Below, piece after piece: positions 37,101 through 52,100 of a stretch of DNA of 64,000 nt. Source of the stretch: Mantamonas sphyraenae STR306 (Eukaryota; Protista; CRuMs); contig JAPMXV010000061.1 in the NCBI GenBank assembly GCA_026936335.1, positions 258,420 to 322,419 on the forward strand, in the 5' to 3' direction. The notes under the pieces were generated by a model. That model was not told the DNA's origin, ran no database searches, and worked only from the letters and a program-made list of their open reading frames with translations. A program made the position numbers and the translations under genes. Positions within the stretch are counted from its first letter, which is position 1, and every line of letters begins with the position of its first letter.

Positions 37101-40100
37101 CTGCCCCGGGAACGTATCCGTTTGCCTACACCCTGCGCGATCCATTGTCATCGGACCCGACGCCTGTGAGCCTCGCACCGCTGCCGACGTCCATCACCCT
37201 GGCATTCCCAGTGACTGCGGCCAACACGACGGGGCTTGCCCAGCCGCTGCCTGTTCTGACGGCAGGACAAGCGCTGCCGGTGTCTTTGCGCGCACGTGAT
37301 GCGTCGGGTGCCAACAGAACCGAGCCTATCGACTCGTTTGCGCTGCAGCTTGCACCGCAAGGCCCTGTGGGGTCGCCGACGTCGTTTGTGTCGCCTGACC
37401 CGCTTCAACCTTGGCTGTACACGGCCTCATCTGCACTCAACCTGACCGTGGCTACAAACTACACGCTGTCAATTCTGTTGCAGCCGAGCCTGGTACACAT
37501 CGCTGGTTCGCCATTTGCACTGCGTGTGATTGCAGCTGCACCCCACTTGCCTGCGTCGTTGTTCTCGGCTGCAGCGATCACAACACCTGCAGGGGTCTCC
37601 ACAGTGGTCACACTGGCCCTGCGCGACGTGTACCTGAATCCGACGCTGGGGACGAGCAATCTGACGTTGCAGACAGCTCCCGGAGCTGAGACGTTTCCTT
37701 TCACGCAGCACAACGCGACTGCGTATGTTGCCACGCCAGCGCTGACCATCGCACGCAGTTACACAATGACCACGGCACACGCTCCAGGCATTTCTTTACC
37801 GCTGGCAGTGACAGCACTGAATGCCGACCCAGCATCGTCGCTCATCCTTGCTCACGTGCGAAAGGCAACGGCGGCAGAGGCCATCGAGTCTCTTGTCACT
37901 CTTCACACACGCGACCGCTACTCAAACAACTGCACGGCATCCACGCCTGGTCTGGTGCTCAACGCCACGGTGTCAGGCCAAACCTACTTTTTCAGTCCGG
38001 TTGCGTCCTCTTCGCCAGTGTACTCTGTGTCGCTGCCTGCAAACGCGCTCAACTCGACGACTCCAGACCCGCACCTGGTCCGGCTGCCCTTCTTCCAAGC
38101 ACCTGTGGACCTACCATTGACCATTGTGCCTGCCAACGCCGTGCCTTCTTCGCCGTCGACGTTTGTCCTTTTGCACACGACTCCGGTAACGCTGATCGCC
38201 GGCCAGTCGTCAACAGCGCTCGTCCAGGCCCAGCTGGCAGATAGGTTTGCCAACGTCAATGCCACACAGCTCCTCTCGCCCCTCCAACCCACGTACGGCA
38301 GCACCAGCAATGAGGCGGCTACGATCGAACCCATCCTGGCCACCCCAGTGACGGTGAAGCGCCCGATCAACCTGCGCGCCCTATCGCTGTCGTCTCTGTA
38401 CTCATCGGCCACCTCGGTCACACTGTACATGGCCTTGGCATCTGCGCCTGGCGTGGCACTTCACCAACCTCTCGTGTGTTCAACTTCGCCGTGTCACCTG
38501 GACACGTCGCTGCGTTTGCTTCCGTCCGACTATGTCATTGTGGCGCGTGACGTGCCGCGTAGGAACGCCCCGGTGCTTCCGCTGCCGACGTTTGCGCCGA
38601 CGAATGACCACGTCGCCATGGCCAACCAAACCCTGACAACGTACAGCCTCACAAAAGAGCTGGACACCCCACTGGAGGTTCCTCCATCCACGCTGCTGTA
38701 CGATACTCTGTCGATGACTCTGCCGAGCACCCAACGTGCCTCACTTGAGGGCACACCGATCCAGGCTGTCACGTGGCCGTCTGGTCTGGGCGTCACGCAC
38801 ACGTACACGGGGTACATTGCGACTCCGTTCCGTGTGCTTCGACCCATCACCGTCACCGCACTGGGAGCATTTGCACCACCGACGCTGCCCTCCACATTGC
38901 CCACCATCACACTGTTTCTGGTGTCCGCGTCCAACGTGTCCGAACCCATCTCGCCGGTGCTCACCAACGCGACGGTGTTTTCAGACACCACCTTGCGCGA
39001 GGAGCTTCCACAGCCGATCTCTTTGGCCAAGGGCGACTACTACGTGGTGGCCAAGGGATACTCGTCTTCATTCAAGTACTACAACAGCGCCGGTTTTGCC
39101 AACCGAGCTCAGCTCAACTCGCCCTACAGTTCGATCGAGACACACGGCGCAGCGCGCTTCTCCATGGATATGTCACTCAGTTCGCAGGGGACAAACCCGC
39201 TGCAGTTTACGACAGGCACATTCTTCTACACGACGGATGCGCTTGCCACCGATCCGTTGCTTCCCGAAGCACAGGCAATCTACTTTAACGACGCAAATGC
39301 AGGGTACCAAGCCTTCCCAGACGAGCTGGCCAACGGAATTCGGATTCACAAGGCGATCTACGTGACGGCACTCGGCTCCTTTGTGGGGAAATCGGTACAG
39401 GGCCCAGCGGACGTGCCTTTGATCACCGTGTCGCTTTATGCAGATGGCAATCGTGTTGAACCGTTGATCAGGGCGGTGTGCACGGGAAATCTGACGCGCA
39501 GTGCCCTGCGCGCCGAGTTGCAGTCACCGGTGCTTGTGCAACCGGGCCTGTACTGGATTGCAGCCAAGGGGTTCACCTCCTCGTTCCCCAACCTGAACAT
39601 CGACCATGACTCGTCCAAGAGGCAGGGTGTCTTTCTCAGCACCGGTGACGGTGTTCTGTCGTACTGGGCAGTGGATAGATTCAACCCGGGGCTGAGCCCA
39701 AGCACGGCGCATATTTTCGGTGCAGAGGGCGCGTACGGAGCGGGAACGTTTTGGTACTACGTGGCCCCTGCAGCGACAACGTACCCTGTGCAAAGCGTGC
39801 AGGTGAATTCTGCGCAGACTCAACCGTTGCTTTCATTGACGTTGACCATCGCTGGCACGTACGCGGTGCCTCTGACGCTGGACGCAACGTCGATTGGCAG
39901 CCCTGTTACCGTCACTGTGTTGCCCACAAACACGTCGACTGCATCCCTTTCGCATCTGGTGGCGCCGCCAAATACCACTGTGGCTGGTCAGGCCCTCGTG
40001 TACTCGTTGCAGCTGCGAGATGGCTTCAACAACACCCTGATACACCCGGACCCGGTTGCCAATCCCAGCTTGGATCTGCCTGTAGCCAGCACGGTGACGT

Positions 40101-43100
40101 ACACAGGAAACGGCACGTATGCACTTAGTGTCAATCTGACGGTTGCGACACAGCTGAACGTGACGGTGTCGTTGAGTGCAGCACGGGGCGGCACTGTGGC
40201 CACAGTGCATGTGACTGTGCTTCCAGCGTCGATTTCCAGGGCGACGTGCACGTTTGTCAGCGCTCCCGTGCCCAGTGTGGCCGCAGGTTCCGTGTACACG
40301 GCCCATATTCAAGGTCGCGATGCGTTTGGCAACGCAATCACAGACTCGCCGATCTACCCAGCTCTATCATTGCAACCGAGTCCGCAGCCTGCTGTGCAAC
40401 CCGATCCGGAGGCGCCGGGCCGCTACTATGCGACAATCCGGCTCACAGTCGCAGGCAACTACTCAATGCACATGCTGGGGGCGCCGACGCCTCTGACTGT
40501 CGAGCCAGTGGCTCCAAACGCCACCTTGTCTTTGTTTGCACTGTTCGGTTCGCCTCCTACAGCGGGATCCCTTGACGCAGTGGCGACTGTCGTCTTGCGG
40601 GACCGTTTCAACAATTCGATTCCGGCTAGTGGTGCACTTGTCCCGCTGCTCAATGCAACGGTTGCGTGGAAGTATCCCAGCGTGATCACTGCGGCGGCTG
40701 GCTCGACGGTGTTTACGCTGTCCATCAATGCCACGCGTGCACAGTCCACTGCGCTTGCAATGGCCCTTGGCAACGCGAGCATTGGATCTGTGCTGTCGGT
40801 TACACCGGTGCCCGGTGCCGTTGTGCCCAGCTTGTCGCACATTGGTGGTGACGGCCTTTCGGTGGCTGTGGCAGGCATTCCTGCAGCTGTGACGCTGCAG
40901 GAGGTGGACGCGTACGGAAACAACCGCACAGCATTCACTCCGTACGCGTTCTCTGTGTCTCTGCCTGGTTCAAAGGACCCACTGCCGCTGCCGACGACTT
41001 ACTCCATCAACGCGCCCGGAGAATACTCGCTCACGCTATCGCACCACGTGGGAACCAACTACGGGGCGGGCACTGTCGGTCTGGTGGGAAATGTGGGTGT
41101 TTCGACGGTGGCGTCGGGCGACTTTGAACTCTTTCTGGCATACGACGCGTCCACACAGACATTCTTTGTGGCGACGGAGATCAACTCACCCACAGAGATC
41201 TATGTTGCGGCTGTGGGCACAGACGGGGCCATCCGATGGGTATGGCAGCCCCTGGCGGCGTCTGGATGGGCTTCTGCAGCGGCACCGGATCGTAGCAATG
41301 GAGTCGTGTATGTGTGTGGTGCCGTGGCTGGTGATGTGGACCTGTTTGGGACGCAGACGGGCTCCAGAGACGGCTTTGTGGCAGCACTGAACTACACAAC
41401 GGGGCAGTTGGTGTGGGCGAAGCGTGTGGCCGGCCCAAACAACGACAAGGCAACGTCGTTGTACGTCGACCCTGTTCTGGACGCAGTGGTGGTGGGTATG
41501 ATGATCACGAGCTCTTCAAACGGGAACCAGGCGCTTGTGCAGGCGTACACGCGTGCAGGAACGCTGATCTGGTCAAGCGAATACGGGGCCGGCTCGAGCG
41601 ACGAAACGATAGCAGTGATGGCGGATCCGAATGACGCATCTCGCTTGCTTGCACTGGTGGGGTCTAGTTCGCCGACACTTCCGCCCAATCATGCCATGAT
41701 TGGCACGCGTGATGCAGCGATTGTGCCTCTGGATCGTGCGACGGGCGCGGTGGTGACGACGGCAGTGCGTCGTATCAACCCGTTTTTGCGCTTGAATGCC
41801 ATGGGTATGGTGTACAGTGCGTCGGAACACGCGTACTTTGTGTATGGATTTGCAAAGACGACGGGAAGCTCGAACGGCAACGTGCATGCGGTGACGCGGT
41901 ACACGGCTGCGGCAGACCCACAAGAGGTTTGGCGATGGTCCACGGACAACATTGATGGATCGCGCGTGCTGTCGTTGCAGCTTCACGGCGACCATGTGTA
42001 TGCGGTTGGGCGAAGGGGGAACAGCCAGACGGACAGGAAGGGCACGCTGTACAAGCTGGACCAGAAAACGGGCGCGATGGTGGGCTCGCGTGTAATCGAT
42101 TGGTCTGTGACGGGCAACTGTATCAACAGTGGCTCTGTGCTCCTTTCCAACATGACGCTTGCATTTCTGGCGCAGGGGTTGGGCGTACTTCCGGAACTTG
42201 CGAGCCTGGGCACCCCGTCGACGCGGTACTCGATCCTGACGTACCCCTTGGCAACACCGCAAACCCTTTTCACGACGAATGTGACGGTCTTGGCAGCAGT
42301 GCCTTCTGGGCCGCGCTGCTCAGCCAGTGGGGCAGCGTTGACGCAGGCGCCATCTGGGGTCAACAGCACGTTTACAATCACATCACGAGACATTTTGGGC
42401 AACCTGCGCTTCCAGGGCACGGACACGTTTGTGATCAACAACACCCTCGTGCACTCTGTGGAGCATGTGGCGGGCACGCCCACGTACACAGCCACGTACT
42501 TTGTGCCGCTGGTTACGCAAGCGTACACAATAGCGCTACCGGTGGTCATCGACGGCGAACAGATCACAGGTAGCCCGTGGACGCTCACAGTATATCCTCC
42601 GGCGAACCTGACGTCTGTGTTTCCGACCACGGGGCCGTCGTCAGGCGGGACGGTGTTGACGCTGTCGGGGGAGAACTTTGTGGACACCCCAAAGCTGTCG
42701 GCCACACCGTGTGTATCCATCGCACGGGTTTCTCTTACGCAAGTACTGTGTACCATGCCGGCGGGGACGGCGGGCACCGGAGTGGCTGTGAGCATGACGA
42801 CAAACGGGTTCAACTACACCACAGGCAATTTCACCTTTTCGTACTACACGCCCGAGTCTGTGTCGTCGTTCACTCCGCTGCTGGGAAAGACGACGGGGGG
42901 TGAAACGGTGACGATTACGGGAGCCAACTTTGTGAACAGCCCCGACCTTTCGTGCCGCTTCGGGTCGTCTGTTGCACCGACGACGTTTGTTTCGAGCACA
43001 CAGGTGCTGTGCACGACAACCAAGCTGAATGCAGGCACGTATGCGGTGTCTGTGGCGAACAACGGCCAACAGTACGTGGTGTCGGCGGCCGCCAATTTGT

Positions 43101-46100
43101 TCACGTACGTGGACCCGTTTTCGCCGCTGTGTCGCACCAAGGACGAGCTTGACTTTGCTGTGGCTGACCGCTTGGCGCTGGGCCTGCGATACTTTGAAAA
43201 CATCGCGTTGAATGCAACGGTGGTTGCTGGGCCCAACGCGACGCTGTATGCGCCGACGATCCATGACAACGACCGATGCTGCGAAAAGACGGACACAAAT
43301 GATGCTTTCCGCTGCGGCATCCAGTTTGTTCAGAACTCGACGGGCCTGGTGTATGCGCAGTTGAACCTTGTGGCGCCTGTGTTTGCAAACGAGGTGATTC
43401 TGTCGTGGTATCAGGCTTGCCGCAACACGCCGCCGTACTACGAGGTGCAGGCGTGGGTGGATAGCACCCAGAGTTGGCAGACGGTTGTGCAGCGTGTGAC
43501 GAAGCTGAGTGCAGCAGCGCTGGGTACGCAGCGACCTTGCCGCGTTGTTCCGTCAGACGCCAACGACGTCGGCCTCTGTGTGGACTTTCTGGCAGCCGAG
43601 GTTCGCAGCAGCATATTCCGCGTGCAGTTCAACAACAGCGAAGGCGCCATGGGCACGCTGAACACGGCGACGGATGGAGGCTGGTTGTACGAGTTTGAAG
43701 TGCATGGTGTGTACGTGCACAGTCCCGAGTATGTGCACCTGCTGAGCGATTTGAGCGGGCTAGGCGACGTGGCTGCCAGCGCCTCTGTGGCACTGCCTCC
43801 GCTGGCTGTGGCGACGATGAACCACCAGAACGAAACGCTGTTGTCGAACGACACCACGACGTCGCTGGCCACACTGAGTGTTTACCGTGACGGGGCCGAT
43901 GTGACAAGTGAGGTGCTTGTGGGTGGAACAACCAAGGCGGTGGTGCAGGGCTTGGCAAACTTTACCGCTTTGTCGCTCAAGACGCCAACTGTGGGTGTGT
44001 ACACGTTTGTGGCGTCGGTGTCGCCTGCGTTGGTCGTGGCGCAGACGACGGTGCGGGTTGTACTCGGGGCGCCTTTCGCGCTGCGGGTCAACTCGTCTGC
44101 ACGTCTCTCCATCAACTCGTCTTTGGTTGCGACGCTGCCGTTGATGGCGGCGCGGGTTGTGGACGGGGGAAACAATGCCTTGGGCGTGGCAGACTCTGTG
44201 AACAGGACGATTGTGCTTGCGGTGGCTGGTGGGACAAACGTGTCGACGACGTACAGCCACGGCACGGGCTACGTGTCATTTGAATCGGTTGCGTTGGACA
44301 AGCCTGTGCCTGGAGCATACACGCTGACGATGATGTCTGCGTCACTGGCGTCTGCGTCCATTGATTTGGTGGTCAGCAGCGGAAGGCCGTTCTCGCTGAG
44401 CGCGGATCGGACAAGCTTCAACGTGTCGAGTGCGACGGTGACCTCCTTTCCAGAGACCGTGGTGACGGTGCAGGATGCCAGTGGGACGGCGACGTCTGTG
44501 GAAACGGTGTCTGTGACTGCAAGCATGTCACCTGCGTTGGTGCTGTACGGGACGAGTGTGTCGGCGACGGGAGACCAAGGGACGGCGCTGTTTGCTTCGT
44601 TGTCGCTTGTGGCACCGGTTGCAGGCGTGTACACATTGCAGATGAGAGCGGCCGGAGTGGTGGGTGTGAATGTGACCGTACGGGTGCAGCCTGGCGCGAG
44701 TACGCATCTGGCGTTGCTGGGTGTTCCTGCAACAGTGTCGTCGCAGTCGACAACGTCGATGGGTACGTTGACGGTGCAGACACGTGATGCGGGCAGCAAC
44801 TCGCTGGTGGGGTTGGACCCTGTGACGCGTGTGGTGCAGTTTGCACTGAGCAATGGTGCCGGGGAAACGCTGGACACGGCGTCGACGACGACGGTGAGCG
44901 GCAATGGATCTGTATCGAGCCTCGCGTTGGTGGCGCCTCGCACGGGCGTGTACAACGTGAGTGCGTGGTCGGAGGGCTTTCCCACAGTGTCTGCGTTGTT
45001 CAACGTGACAGTAGGGCCGATCCACACCCTGCAGGTGGTTTCACCGGCGTCCATTGTGGTGGAAACGGCGCCAACGGTGGTGTTGGGGAGCGTGGTGGTG
45101 CGTGCGCACGATGCAGGTGGCAACACGATCACAGCCGATGTGAACCGCACTGTGGCGCTGGACATCCTGCCGAGCACAGGTGTGAGCAGCGCGGCAACGG
45201 CGGTAATGGTGAATGGTCTGACGACGTTTGTAAACGTCACGGTGCATGCACCGGCATTGGGATCATACTCGCTGCGTTTCAGTACGGCAGGTGCCGTCAC
45301 TGCGACGTTGTCGATGCAGGTAAATGGAGGCAACCCCGTGCGACTTGTGGGGTCGCTCTTGGACGCTGGGACTGTGCAGGCGCAGGAGCTGGTGACGGCG
45401 CCGCGGATCCAGGTGACAGCGGTGGACGCGAGTGGGGCGGCGGTGGCGGCAGCACGGTTTGTCAACCAGACTGTGGCTCTGACTGGGTCCAATGGAACGT
45501 TGGACATCTCTGGGACGCTGAACGCGACGGCCATTGGGGCGTCGGTGACGTTTGATGACGTCCAGCTGCGTCGTCCTGTGGCGGGAGCGTATGCGCTGAA
45601 CTTTTCTCATGGGCAGCTGGGCACGGTGCAAGTGGGCATTACGGTGACAGTGGGAGTGGCAACACGACTGGCGGTTGTCTCGGGGGGCACACAGACGCTG
45701 GTTACGAACTTGCTGGTGGCGCTGAACAACGTTTCGATCGAAGTGCACGATGTGGCGGGCACGCTGGTTGCGTCCACGTCGTCGATGGTTGTGCGTGTGG
45801 ATATCCCGGCGGCGTTGTCTGTGCAGGGGTCCAGTATGGTCACGGTTGTACAGGGCAAGGCTGTATGGGCGGGGGTGCAGCTTGTGCGTCCGGCGACGTC
45901 GAATTTTACGCTGACGCTGCATGCGCCGGCGGTGTCGAACGCCTCGGTGCATTTGTTGATCCAACGTGGGCCTGTGGTCGCTTTGGATGTGCCTGCGACC
46001 AATGTAGGTCGTGTGCATGCGGAGGAGAGCACGGCTGTGAATGCGACGTTGCTGTTGGGTCGGGACGCGGCCGGAAACGTTGTGGATGCGTCGCAGATGG

Positions 46101-49100
46101 CTGTACGGAACGCTAGTGTGGCGTTGTTGAACGGCACGTCGGGCACGCAGCTGCAGGGGACATTGGAGCGGGGCGCAGCGACCACGTTTGCCGACCTGAC
46201 GCTTGTGCGACCGCGTGTCGGGGTGTACGTGCTGCGCTTCACGAGTCCACCGCTGTTTGCAAAAGACATGTCGATCGAAGTGGTCACTGGGGCGGCAGTG
46301 GCATTGGTGGTCCAGACGCCTGGGTCTGCATCGGTGGTTGTGGGCAGCCGTGTGTTTGCGGCGCTGGGTACAATCGAGCTGCGCGTCGTGGACGCCGGGT
46401 CGAACCATTTGGGCGGGCTGGATGGTGTCAACCGCACGGTGAGCGTGTCTGTGAGTGCTGGCGGCCAGCTTGCAGGCGAAACGGGGGCCACGAGCGTTGC
46501 GGGTCGTGCTCTGTTTTTGGACCTTGCGTTGCAGGCGCCGGCAAACGGAAGCTACACGTTGTGGTTCCTTGCGCAAGGGCTGCGCAATACGTCAGTAGCA
46601 GTGCAGGTGGGCGTGGGAGAGCCGTTTGCGGTGGCGCGCATCGAGCCGTCTGCTTCGTTGGCGTATGCGTCGCGGTCGTCCATTGCGCTGGCAACGGCGA
46701 TAGTGGAGCTGCGAGACGCGGGCAACACGGTGACGACGGGCAGTGTGACCGTACACGCTGCGCTGAATGCGTCTACTGGCGTGGTGCTTGGCGGCAGCTT
46801 GGTACGCACAGTGGACAGCAAGTCCGGGCGCGCCGTCTTTGCCGACCTTACGCTGAATGGGCGCGTGAAGGCAGGTGTGTATGCGATTGACTTTACCGCG
46901 TATGGTCTGCGCAACGTGAGCGTGTCGCTGTCGGTGTACCCGGGCCCACCCACATCGATCGTGCTGCCTGCGTTGTTGTCCAAGGTACCGTCGCGTGCAC
47001 AGAGTGCCGTGCCACCGATGTATGCCATTCTGTACGACTACGGTGGCAATGCCGTGGGCGAGTACGACGCGGTTGTGCGCAGTGTCGTTGGAGAAACGCG
47101 CAACTCAACGTTGGTTGTGGCTGGACTGGGTGCGCGGAACACGACTGCAGGGAACGCGACATTTGCCTCGGCGGTGTTTGTGGCACCAGCAACGGGTGTA
47201 TATGTGCTGCGTTTTTCTGCTGTGGGGCTTTCGAGCGGCGAGATTAGCGTGGAGGTGGTTGTGGGTGAAGCGGTGCGATTGAGCGCACCGCAGCCGACGT
47301 CTGCGACGGTGGTCTCTGCGTCGACGGTTGCGCTACCGACATGGAGGGTGTATGCGCTGGATGCGGGATGGAACCGAGTGCTGGGCAGTGATACGCCGGC
47401 CACGCGAGGGTTGAACGTGACTGTGGACAGCGCGGCGAGCGGGCTTGCAGGCGAGATGGGATACACGATGAGTGCAGGCGTGGTGGACGTGGGTGGACTT
47501 GTGATGCATCGGCCTCGCGTGGGCACATACGTGGTGACGATGTGGACGGCCGGTCTGAGCAACACGTCGGCGAGCGTGAGCGTGACGGTGGGTGAGGCTG
47601 CAGCCATTTCGCTGGCCACGTCATGGAACGGGCAGTTTGCAACCACGCGTACGTACAGCGTGCCGCCCATCTCTGTGACGCTGGTGGATGTTGCAGGGAA
47701 CCCGGTGGGTGCGAGCGACACGAGCACTCGAGCCGTCACTGTGGTTTCTCAGACTCTGGCTTTGGACAAGGCCACAGTGACTGCGACACATGGCCAGGCA
47801 ACAATCGGGTCGCTGGTGATCGAGAGGGCGGTGCAGGGCGGCCATGTGCTGCGCGTGACGTCGCCCGGATTGCAACCGGCCAATGTGTCTGTGACTGTGC
47901 TTGCTGGTCTTGCGGAACGCATGCAAGTAGGCGATGGTAACTACCCTACGCTGACATACCGAAGTGCATCGGTGGTGAACCTTGCGATTGTGCCTGTTTT
48001 GACGGTGGATGCAGGCGGACAGCTGACCCCGACGCTGCCGGTGGCGTCTATCATCGTGAGCACGCAACTGGAAGCGCTTGGATCGGCTGCGGTTGCGAGT
48101 GCGTCACTGACGGGACGCAACCAGGTGTTTGTGCGCGACGGCGTGGCAAACTTTACTCTGCTGAGCATTGCGCAACCCAGTGCCCAAGTGGGCCGGTATC
48201 GCATCTCGTTTGTGGCACTTCAGGGAGGCCTGGAGACGGTGTCGATGGAGATCCGGATTGTGGTGGGTGATGCGTTTGCGCTGGAAGCGTCAGTGCGTGC
48301 AAACGCGCAGGTGCTGTCGACCACACGCGCGCAGCTTCCGCGGGTGACGGTGCGTCAGAAGGACGCCGGAGGCTCGTACGTGTACGATTACCCGCAGGAG
48401 AAGGATATTGTGGCTGTTTCGCTAAACGTGTCGAGCAACACGGATGCAACAGGGTCTGTTGCACGTATGCGCAACGGCACTGCCGAGTTTGACACGCTGG
48501 CGTTGATTTCACCCGCGTTGGGTGTGTACGTGATCGAGTGTCGTGCTGCAGGATTACGCAATTCGACGGTGACAGTGCGTGTGTTGACTGGGCCTGCGCA
48601 CACGTTGCGAGGGGTGGAGTCTGGTGTGCGTATGACGAGCAACGTGTCATCGCTCGTGCCTCCGTTTACGGTGCTGGCTTACGATGCAGGAGGAGCCGAA
48701 GTGGGCGCATTTGACGCAACACAACGTACAGTGTCTGTGACTGTGGTGTCTGGACCCGGGGGCCTGGACAGCATGCGCGGCGTGCTGAATCAGGCGTTGC
48801 TGACTGGGACAACGCAGTTTGTGATGGACAACGGTCGAGTGAGGCTAACAGGGTTGGTGTTGCAGCGGCCGCGCGCCGGGGTACATGTGCTGAGAATCTC
48901 CAGTGCACAGCTGGGTGCAGCGGAGGTGCGAGTGAACGTGACGCGAGGCAGTGCGGAACACCTGCTGGTGAGTGCAGGAGGTGCACAGGCGTTGGTCTAT
49001 GCAGGCAACAACGCGGTGGATGTGACAGTGTCGCCGATTCGCATCAGTGTGGTGGATGCAGGAGGAAACCGGGTGGGCGAAGAGGGCCCCGTTGTGGACG

Positions 49101-52100
49101 CGAGCGGAGGCGAGTCGAACAACGGCAGCGTTGAGATCAGGATGAGCGTGTCTCCCACGAATGCGCTGGTATCTGGCAGTTTGCAGCAGATCGCATCGGC
49201 GTCGAATGGATACCAGGCCGTGTTTGGCGACGTGCGTCTGTCGCCGTTGGCGGGGACGTACACGTTGGCGTTTGGGGCAGCTGCGCTCGAGGGCACGTCG
49301 ACGAGTGTACGTGTGTTGCCCGGTGCGGCATACACGACGCGTGTGGTTCGTGCAATGACTGCTGTGGCAGACAACACGCACAGTGCCGAGAAGCCGTTCC
49401 CTGTGCAGCCTGTGATGGAGGTGGTTGATGGCGCGGGCAACCGAGTGAACACAAGCGACGTGCGTGTCCGTCTGCAGGTGCCAAGCGCACGTGCGACAGG
49501 GACGGTGGAGGTGATCGCTCGGGACGGGGTAGCCAACTTTACCGGGGTGTTCTTTGTGGGTCCGTACGGCAACTCGCGGGATCTTTTGGTGTTGAGCAGC
49601 GTGGTGAGCACGAATGCGGAGCTTGTGCAGCTTGTGGTGCCAAAGGCAATCCGTTTCCAGGCATGCGAGGAGGTGGTGGCGAATTCACAGCCGCTGCCAT
49701 CCAACGACACATGTGTGTGCCGTGCAGGCCACCACAATGGGATTGACGCGGACTCTGGAGCAAAGTCATGCATCGCATGCGAGCCGGGTCTTTACCAGCC
49801 CAGCGTGAATGAGGATGCGTGCACGCCGTGCCCGACAAACCACGACACGAACGGCGTATTTGGTGCAACGTCGGTGAGCCAGTGCTTCTGTTCAGAAGGC
49901 TACTACAAGAACCAGTTTACGAACAACGAGTGCCTTATATGCCCTACTGGTGGCGTGTGCAGCCAGAGCCAGGATGGCGGCTACACAACGGGCTCCGGCT
50001 ACTTCAGCTTCAATCTGGCCGAGGCCAAGTTTGTGCGCTGCCCGAATCCGGACGCGTGCCTGGGTGGAGGCAACTCCACCTGTGCGGAGGGCTACCACGG
50101 CCCGTTGTGTTCGCTGTGCGACCCCGGGTACGGGAAGCGCGGCACAACGTGTTTCGTGTGCGACCAAGAGGAGGTGAGCTGGCTGTACGTGGTAGGCACC
50201 CTCCTGGCGCTGATCTACATCATCATCTCGCTGGCACGACGTGGCCAGGGCAAGCGCAAGAGCATCCGTGCCATCATCAAGAAGATCCTGCTGAATTACA
50301 TGCAGGTGCTTGCGTTCATCGGTGACTTTCGCATGCGGTGGAGCGGTCTGATGCTGACGATTTTCCAGATCAGCGGTATCACCAACTTTGGACTGTTCCA
50401 GCAGCCTCTGGACTGCACCACCAAGTGGACGTACTACGACAAGTTTGTATCGTACACGCTGGTGCCCATTGTGTGTGTGATGGTGCCTCTGGTTGTGTAC
50501 GGCTGCGCATGGGTGGCCAAGAAGGTCACGGGCAAGATCACGGCCAAGTGGCTGTTTGACTTTAACACCTTTTGCATTCGCGTGTCGGTGGCCGGCATCT
50601 TTATTGTGTTCCCTGTGATCACGAACAACGTGTTGACGTTTTTCAACTGCAAGCTGTACGACGAGACCAAGAACATCCTGCTGCTGCAGGAGGATCTGAG
50701 CATCTCGTGCCACGACCCGGAGTACCAGGCGTGGCGCGTGCTGGCTGTGGCTGCACTGTTGGCGTACCTGGTGGGCTTCCCTGTGTTCTTTGGGTATCTG
50801 CTGTGGAAGAGCAAGAAGAACCCAAAGATCTTCCCCAAGATCGACTTGCTGACACACGGCTACGTGGGCAAGCGCTACTGGTGGGAGCTGGTCATTCTGA
50901 TCCGCAAAATCATTGTCGTGCTGGTGGTTATCTTTTACAAGGACGAACCGCTGACGCAGATCTATCTGGGTTTGTGGATCATCCTGTCGGGTCTGATTCT
51001 GCACCTGTACGCACGGCCGTTCAAGCATCCGCTGCACACGCGGCTGGAAACGTACTCACTTTTGGTGACGTGCATGACACTGATGGCAGGGATGATGTTT
51101 TTCAGCAACGAGGCGTCGCAAGCCGAGAAGGATGCTTTGACGGTGGGATTGTTTGTGTTGAACATGGCGCTGTCGCTGATGTTTGTGGCGCTGTTGGTTT
51201 ACCTGTGGGGAGTGAGCAAGTGGGAGAAGTACGTTGCAACTCGGTTGACGGGCAAGCTTGGGAGGGTGGAGAAGAAGCAACGTCGGGGGGCAGGGCGGTT
51301 TGACGCGGTGGCGGTGGCTTTGCTGGGCACAAAGCTTGATTTTGCAAAGGAAGAGAAGAAAGACGACACTCTGGCGGCGCCGGTGGCGCTGGTGGGCGCA
51401 GGGGCGATGGAGAAGCAGGACAGTGCGTTTGATCTGAAAAAGGTGATTGACGAGGGCATGGACATCAGCAAGTACTACAACAAGGAGCTGGAGCAGAAGG
51501 ATGAACATGAAAAGGCAACGCGTGAGCGAGCGAAAGAGTTGGACGAGATTGCGGCGTCGCTGAATGGACCGGCAGCGGGGTCGCGATTGCGAAGTGCTAC
51601 GGTGGTTGTGCCGGTGAGTCTGGACGACTTTGAGAAGGAAGGGTTGGCGGAAAAGGAGGAGGCTGTGCTGAAGCGTCTGCAGGAGAACGAAGAGAAGAAG
51701 CGAAAGACGATGGAGAAGCTGCGACGCCGTTCGAGTGTTGGCTCGGGCGGGCTGACGTTGAAGGACAAGTTTGGGCTTGCTCTGACGGGCGGCAAGCGAC
51801 GCATGGCAGTGTTTGAGCAGATATCGAAGGATGTGCTGCGCAAGCGATACGCAGAGAACGTGTGCGCGCTGTGGGAGCGTGTGCAGGCTGTGGAAGCGGA
51901 GAAGGAGTTTCTGGAGGCGGAGGAGGTGCTGGAGCAGGTGAATGAGGTGGCTCTGGAGTTTTTCGACGACGATGCAGACGAGTATGTGGAGGTGGAATTT
52001 GCAGTGCTGAGTGGGATGTTGGAGGGGCTGGAGAAGCTGGAGGAGGAGGCCGAGGAGGAGGGTGCCAAGGCGATGGCGCTGCTGAACCCCGTGCTGGTGG

